The position numbers and the translations under genes were made by a program. The notes beneath the pieces are model-generated. The model was not told where the DNA came from, searched no databases, and saw nothing but the letters and a program-made list of their open reading frames with translations. This document shows, piece after piece, positions 38,144 to 43,478 of a DNA stretch of 43,478 nt. Location of the stretch: the sequence record DRR723986_7246, one strand, 5' to 3'. Each line of letters begins with the position of its first letter. Position 1 is the first letter of the stretch.

Positions 38144-38992
38144 TTACTGTGAATTGCTCGCCAGCACACGATGTAACGTCGCTGCCACCAAATTAATGGC
38201 CTGTGCTGCTTCAGACTTGTCAGATTGTTCCACCAAGGGCACTTGCGCTACGATCGATTGGCGCACCATGCGATCGTACGGAACAAATCCCACGAGGGGA
38301 ATGTGCAAATCTAAGAACTTCTCCGTCGCAAGGTTGACCTTTTTCGCCACATCGTCCGCATCGTCGCGATCTATGATGTTATTGACCAGCAATCCAAGTG
38401 CTCCATCCCGTGCATGTGCCTTCAGGATCTTGATCAACCCATAGGCATCTACTATCGAGGTCGGTTCGTCTGTAGCAACGATTACAGACAGGTCCGCCAG
38501 AACGCTCAGCTGAATTGTTCCATCTTGCGAGCCTGCTGCATTGTCGATAATGACTACATCATAGCCACGACCAGCCAGGCCATTTAATGTTTCGCGAAGG
38601 CGCTCAGGTGGCGCGTCGCGCGTGGAACCGCCTGTTTTTCCAGCCAGCAAGTCCAGTGAAGGCTCCACCGAATAGATGGCTGCATCCAGGCTGATGCGTC
38701 CGCGGTAGACGTCATTCACACGGCCGCGCGGCTCTACGCCAAAAAGAATATGCGCATTGGGATAATCAAAATCACCATCCCACAGTAAAACTTTGCGTTC
38801 CTTGCGTGCCAGTGCCAGGGATAGATTGGCTGCAAGTACACTTTTGCCCACGCCGCCTTTGCCACTCGAAAGTGCAATCACAAATGGTTTTTGGCGTGCC
38901 TGAGCCGCGTTCGTACTCTCGCCGGCCACACCTTGTTTTGTCCGCGCACTTCCGTTGACAACTGCCACAATATTTTCGATTTGCTCGTTCAT
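38144..38992 (-). CDS. flhG: MinD-like flagellar number regulator FlhG/FleN
   Basis: Deviant Walker A SGKGGVGKS, DGDFDYPN, EPTSIVDAYGLIK; start overlaps the flhF stop (ATGA). Confidence 0.9.
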   Translation of the reverse strand: MNEQIENIVAVVNGSARTKQGVAGESTNAAQARQKPFVIALSSGKGGVGKSVLAANLSLALARKERKVLLWDGDFDYPNAHILFGVEPRGRVNDVYRGRISLDAAIYSVEPSLDLLAGKTGGSTRDAPPERLRETLNGLAGRGYDVVIIDNAAGSQDGTIQLSVLADLSVIVATDEPTSIVDAYGLIKILKAHARDGALGLLVNNIIDRDDADDVAKKVNLATEKFLDLHIPLVGFVPYDRMVRQSIVAQVPLVEQSDKSEAAQAINLVAATLHRVLASNSQ

Positions 38993-40302
38993 ATGGCAGC
39001 TCCCGTGTCCGTGCCGGCCTCTGCACTCAGGGCTGTACCATTGCGGGCTGGTTCTACGTGTAAGGGTAAGAGCATGTCCACGAGTGGCATGCGTGCCGCC
39101 GCTTCAATATCCTCAGGAATTGCCGGCCCCGTACAGAAATAGGCAAGTGGAAGCGCGGAATCACCGGCAGCGCCCTGCAAGGCATTGAACACCGGGCCAA
39201 TCGCGCTGCACTCGTCAATTTTGCTAAGGATCAATGCATCCGCCTTCAAAAACGTTCCCACTTCCAGTGCCGCGCGCAGGCTGTGTTCGGATGCACAGGC
39301 ATCCTGCACCTGTAGAATTACGTCCGCCGCCGCAGCTTCCAGGAATGACTTTACTTCCAGCTGCCGATTCCGGTCGCGCGGCCCGCAGCCGGCAGTATCC
39401 ACGAAAACAAAGTCGTAGTCCGCCGAATTTACAATTGTCTGCCGCAGCTCCTGCGAGCTGTACACAACCTCAAACGGCAAACCCGCGATCGCAGAGATAG
39501 TCTGAAGCTGCTCAACACCGCCGATGCGCTGCGTATCGGCCGAAATTATTTTGACAGATGCTTGCTGCACATGCCGCGCAGCCACGGCTAACTTTGCCAA
39601 TGCCGAAGTCTTGCCGCTGCCCGGCGGTCCTACCAGCATCACCACCTGTCGTGAAGGCTTGCCATTGGAAGCCTCGGGTGCCTGCTGCAAGCCCTCGTGA
39701 ATTTTAATGCGGCCGCCCAGCGACTTGCGCACAGCCGTCAGCAATTCAGTCAGGTCTCCACTCGGAACCTGCGCCATCGCCGCGCCAATAATTTCCAGCG
39801 TAAAATCCTCGCGCAGGCCGCTATCCAGCAGCCGGTGATACAGCGTCGAACTGCTGTCATTAAATGAGGCCGAGTGTTTGTAGCGTATCCCACGTGTTAT
39901 GTCCACCAGCCGCTCGCGAATATCCACGATCTCGTCCTGCAGCGACGCAAACGCCGAAGCCTGCTTCAGGAGCATGTCCTTTTCAGCACTCTGCGCGCGC
40001 TCATCTTTGCGTTTGTCTTTGGGAGTCTTGGGGAGGCGTGGACGTCTGCTGATTTCACGGACGTAGGTATCGGAATAGCGCTGCGCCTGGAAACTACTCG
40101 GTGTAGGTGCCTGAACGGTGGGGCGCGCCGGCTCTTCAAGAATGCTGTCGGAGGCAGCCGTAATCTCCAGCATGTCGCCAGGATTGCCGTTTACCTTAGG
40201 CAAGGAGCGCGTGGACAAAATCACGGCCTCGTCACCCAGTTCGCGGCGCATCTGTTCGACGGCCTCTTTCATACTTGCTGCTATATACTTTTTTATCTTC
40301 AT
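38989..40302 (-). CDS. flhF: SRP-type flagellar GTPase FlhF
   Basis: B-domain start MKIKKYIAASMKEAVEQMRRELGDEAVILSTR (ATG 40302), G1 GPPGSGKTS, DTQRIGG, G3 DTAG, G4 SKIDE, GPAIPEDI. Confidence 0.92.
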   Translation of the reverse strand: MKIKKYIAASMKEAVEQMRRELGDEAVILSTRSLPKVNGNPGDMLEITAASDSILEEPARPTVQAPTPSSFQAQRYSDTYVREISRRPRLPKTPKDKRKDERAQSAEKDMLLKQASAFASLQDEIVDIRERLVDITRGIRYKHSASFNDSSSTLYHRLLDSGLREDFTLEIIGAAMAQVPSGDLTELLTAVRKSLGGRIKIHEGLQQAPEASNGKPSRQVVMLVGPPGSGKTSALAKLAVAARHVQQASVKIISADTQRIGGVEQLQTISAIAGLPFEVVYSSQELRQTIVNSADYDFVFVDTAGCGPRDRNRQLEVKSFLEAAAADVILQVQDACASEHSLRAALEVGTFLKADALILSKIDECSAIGPVFNALQGAAGDSALPLAYFCTGPAIPEDIEAAARMPLVDMLLPLHVEPARNGTALSAEAGTDTGAAI

Positions 40303-40360
40303 GGAGCGGCCGACTCTTCCCCTTGCATGTACGCTACCGGCATTTGACGCTTCCGGGCTC

Positions 40361-40366
40361 ATTATA
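40361..40366 (-). promoter_or_regulatory. Candidate -10 box (TATAAT) upstream of flhF
   Basis: Perfect TATAAT about 60 nt upstream of ATG 40302; no good -35 at canonical spacing. Confidence 0.3.
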
Positions 40367-40566
40367 TGAAATATCTGGATGCAAGCCGAATCAAAATTGC
40401 GATTGGCGGAAGGGACGTGGCCCTTTGCTTCGAATTTTGGACAAATAGCACGTCAAGGCCGAGAAATTTTTATAAATTTGTGTCTTTGCCTGTTGTCGCA
40501 GGCAGCTGTGTGGTATTGCATTCCCGTAATACTGTTCTCATCAACGACCACTAGTTCCAGAGCGCG

Positions 40567-41418
40567 ATGAAATTCGAAAACAAGCGGCAGTCGGCCGACG
40601 CCCACGAGGCGATTTCGACGCAAATCAGACGTGATATCGTCTCCATGCTTCTTGAGGCCGGTAGCGGTCACAGCGGCGGCCCCCTGGGTACCACGGATAT
40701 CTATTCGGTGATGTACTTCGGTGGGTTCATGAAATACGATCCTGCCAACCCCGCATGGGAAGAGCGCGACCGTTTTGTCCTGAGCGCCGGCCACATGGCT
40801 CCGGTCCTGTATGCGACTCTGGCCAACGCCGGAATGTTCCCCCGCGAAGAACTGCAGACGCTCCGTAAGTACGGGACGCGCCTCCAGGGACACCCGGGAC
40901 GTGACATGGGCCTGCCCGGAATCGAAACATCCTCCGGCTCGCTCGGCCAGGGAATCTCAATTGCCGTTGGTATGGCAATGAATGATCGCCTGCTCGACAA
41001 AAATTCCCGCCGCGTTTATTCGCTGACGGGAGACGGAGAGCTGCAGGAAGGGTCGGTATGGGAAGCTGCAATGTCCGCCGCCCATTTTGGCCTCGATAAC
41101 TTCTGCTGGTTGATCGATAATAACGACTGCCAGATCGACGGCCGCCTGCGCGACGTTATGGACGTCTATCCAATCGACGAAAAGTGCCGCTCCTTCGGCT
41201 TTGACACAATTGTCGTTGACGGCCACGACTTTGAACAGCTCTACGCGGCGTTCGACCGCTTTACAGAAAACTGGAAAAACAAGACGGGCAAACCTACAGC
41301 CATCATTGCTGTGACGAAGATGGGCAAAGGTGTCTCGTTTATGGAAGATAAATTCGAATGGCATGGCAAACCGCCAAATGCCGCCGAAGCCGAATCCGCC
41401 CTGTCGGAACTCAAGTAA
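40567..41418 (+). CDS. Transketolase, N-terminal (ThDP-binding) subunit
   Basis: SGHSGGPLG, RDRFVLSAGH, LQGHP, SGSLGQG, GDGELQEG...WEA, KGKG-like KMGKGVSFME...WHG. Confidence 0.95.
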   Translation: MKFENKRQSADAHEAISTQIRRDIVSMLLEAGSGHSGGPLGTTDIYSVMYFGGFMKYDPANPAWEERDRFVLSAGHMAPVLYATLANAGMFPREELQTLRKYGTRLQGHPGRDMGLPGIETSSGSLGQGISIAVGMAMNDRLLDKNSRRVYSLTGDGELQEGSVWEAAMSAAHFGLDNFCWLIDNNDCQIDGRLRDVMDVYPIDEKCRSFGFDTIVVDGHDFEQLYAAFDRFTENWKNKTGKPTAIIAVTKMGKGVSFMEDKFEWHGKPPNAAEAESALSELK

Positions 41419-41514
41419 TCAACCGCAGTCGGAATGCAGTGGCGTGCCGCCTGCCGGTTCGCCCTCTATTAACAAAGTGCTACTCCCGACAGGTGCACAT
41501 AACAGCGTTGACCC

Positions 41515-42069
41515 ATGATTGTGAACTTTCATCAGATTATTCGTCCGCTCAGTATTTGTTGTATGCTCTTCATGCTCGTTGCCTGTAATGGCGAAGAAGC
41601 TGCCGAGCGTTCCAAACAAACACTGGAGCCCCTGACAGTTGAAGAATTGCAGGGTATGCTGCCTGCGGCAATTGCCGGAACTCGTGCAACGCCACATTCA
41701 GGTGGCCGCCAAACCAGTGAAGGCCGCGTACTGATGAAAGCTGCGGGAGAGTACCTGTTTAATGGCGGCGGCTATATCCGCGTCTCCGTCACCGACTTTA
41801 CGGACCTGGAAGACTACACGCTGCCATACCGTTCGCAGTACGATAACTTTTCGGCCAACAGTACCGAAGGTTTCAGTACAATCAAAAACTCGAACGGAAT
41901 TGGCGTTGAGCAGTGGGATCCAGGCGAACGCAGCGGTACTGTCCGGTTCCTGGCACTTGATCGTTTCGGTGTTGTGATCGAAATTATGCGCATGCCCAAG
42001 GAATCGATTCACGATGCCCGCGGTATCCTTGAGTCCCTTAACTTCAATGCTTTGCGGCTCAAAATGTAA
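41515..42069 (+). CDS. Hypothetical lipoprotein
   Basis: Lipobox LVAC after a hydrophobic stretch; 184-aa ORF filling the gap between the transketolase halves. Confidence 0.75.
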   Translation: MIVNFHQIIRPLSICCMLFMLVACNGEEAAERSKQTLEPLTVEELQGMLPAAIAGTRATPHSGGRQTSEGRVLMKAAGEYLFNGGGYIRVSVTDFTDLEDYTLPYRSQYDNFSANSTEGFSTIKNSNGIGVEQWDPGERSGTVRFLALDRFGVVIEIMRMPKESIHDARGILESLNFNALRLKM

Positions 42070-42194
42070 TTGCCTGCCCCTAATCAGGTGATTAATATCT
42101 ACCCCCAGGCGTTGACCGATTGATGTGGCCCCGTGCCTACATTTTTACCCCGAAAAATTAATCGTAAAACATACTAGATCTGGCTTAAATACGC

Positions 42195-43214
42195 ATGCAA
42201 GAATTAACGCTTCTCGGTGAAAAACCAACCCGCCATGGATTTGGCGACGGCTTGGCGGAATTAGGTGAACGCAATCCCAACGTTGTTGTCCTCGGTGGTG
42301 ACATTACCGGATCCGTCCGCACTTCCGTGTTTAAGGACAAGTTTCCTGATCGTTTCTTCTCGCTCGGTATCGCCGAACAAAATGCAACTACCGTAGCCGC
42401 CGGACTGGCGCTCTCGGGCAAGGTTCCTTTCTTTGCCAGTTACGGTGCATTCTGCGCTCTGCGTAATGCCGACCAGTTGCGAATTTCCGTTTGTTACAAC
42501 GAAGCAAATGTTAAAATCGGTGGCGGACACTCCGGCATTAGCGTTGGTCCCGACGGTGCTACACACCAGGTGTTGGAAGAAGTTGCTCTCCTGCGCACGC
42601 TGCCGCACATGACGCTCGTAGTTCCCTGTGATTACGAGGAAGCTCGTAAAGCTACTATCGCAATTGGTGAACTCGAAGGCCCTGCGTACATCCGTTTTGG
42701 ACGTTCGCCGGTGCCAATGTTTACAACCGTGGATACTCCATTCGAACTCGGTAAAGCTCAGGTTTTCCGCGAAGGAAACGACGTAGCACTTATCGCTTGT
42801 GGAGCCATGGTGTGGGAAGCAATGCGCGCCGCCGAAGCGCTTGCCAAAAACAAGGGCATTAAGGCCCGCGTTGTTAACGTCGCTACCATTAAACCTTTTG
42901 ATGTTAACACTGTCGTTGACGCTGCCCGCGAATGTGGTGCTGTTGTCACTGCGGAAGAACATCAGGTTCACGGTGGACTCGGTGGTGCAGTCTCCGAAGT
43001 TCTCGGCAAAAACGCTCCCGTTCCAATGGAATTTGTCGGCGTTAAAGATACCTTTGGCGGCAGTGGTGATCCCAACGAACTGATGGAAAAATTTGGCCTT
43101 ACCTGGAAAAGCATTTACGCTTCCGCACTCGCAGCAATCGACCGTCGTGATAACGGTTCAAGCGGTTACCGCGCAGTCAAAGAAGTTGCTTCCGCCGAAG
43201 GCATTGACGCTTAA
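42195..43214 (+). CDS. Transketolase, C-terminal (pyrimidine-binding + C-terminal) subunit
   Basis: RFFSLGIAEQN, GISVGPDGATHQ, GPAYIRFGR, VVTAEEHQVHGGLG. Confidence 0.95.
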   Translation: MQELTLLGEKPTRHGFGDGLAELGERNPNVVVLGGDITGSVRTSVFKDKFPDRFFSLGIAEQNATTVAAGLALSGKVPFFASYGAFCALRNADQLRISVCYNEANVKIGGGHSGISVGPDGATHQVLEEVALLRTLPHMTLVVPCDYEEARKATIAIGELEGPAYIRFGRSPVPMFTTVDTPFELGKAQVFREGNDVALIACGAMVWEAMRAAEALAKNKGIKARVVNVATIKPFDVNTVVDAARECGAVVTAEEHQVHGGLGGAVSEVLGKNAPVPMEFVGVKDTFGGSGDPNELMEKFGLTWKSIYASALAAIDRRDNGSSGYRAVKEVASAEGIDA

Positions 43215-43245
43215 GTTAATACTTAGGTCATGCTCATCTAACTCT

Positions 43246-43282
43246 AAAGCCGCTGGATTAACTCCGGCGGCTTTTCTGTTTT
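43246..43282 (+). terminator. Intrinsic terminator after the transketolase C-subunit gene
   Basis: AAAGCCGCTGGA-TTAAC-TCCGGCGGCTTT hairpin followed by TCTGTTTT. Confidence 0.85.
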
Positions 43283-43478
43283 AAACCTTTTAGCTGTTCT
43301 CGTTACGGTTTTGGGCACTCCGTGCAAGGCATCGCTGCGCCCCCTAAGAACGCGCAGGGTTTGCTGTGCGGTGGCTGGCTTTTTCTTCTTGTTAGTCACT
43401 CGGTCCCAAGCCAAAAACATCTGAGCTGCAAGTCTTTTTGCCACGAACATTTGAGCCCCGTAAAATTCCGGCTCACAG

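Noticed and set aside
40303-40362. Longer ORF-track start for flhF (likewise dusB 24170, HDOD 36917, GT4 27441, PorV 30996)
   Set aside because: Family N-terminal motifs or stop/start overlaps favour the downstream ATGs.
43244-43450. 68-aa minus-strand ORF at the window end
   Set aside because: Runs through the terminator hairpin and has no recognisable features.

Overview
Bacterial chromosomal window. The gene content (T9SS C-terminal sorting domains, a PorV-type barrel, barrel+OmpA fusion, flagellar regulators) points to the Bacteroidota-Chlorobiota superphylum, most plausibly Ca. Kapabacteria/Ignavibacteria-like; this is inference. Positions 355-40302 are almost all on the minus strand. 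Left to right: an OM barrel/double-OmpA protein; a 4664-aa T9SS surface protein with about 35 Ig-like repeats, including a duplicated 7-domain block; the ftsH-hpt-tilS cluster, where TilS carries a ~430-aa disordered N-terminal extension and hpt probably starts at CTG; dusB; an ABC-F ATPase; a GT4 glycosyltransferase; an AT-richer divergent pair of a 504-aa helical-repeat protein and a 69-aa small protein; PorV and a T9SS propeller cargo; and a flagellar polarity/regulation operon (flhF-flhG-flgV-like-fliA-HDOD-GAF kinase-AMIN/TPR membrane protein) with no adjacent flhA. On the plus strand, a split transketolase is interrupted by a lipoprotein gene. I found no rRNA, tRNA, CRISPR array or transposase. 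Best novelty candidates: the helical-repeat/small-protein pair, the IDR-fused TilS, and a putative FlhF polar-landmark protein.
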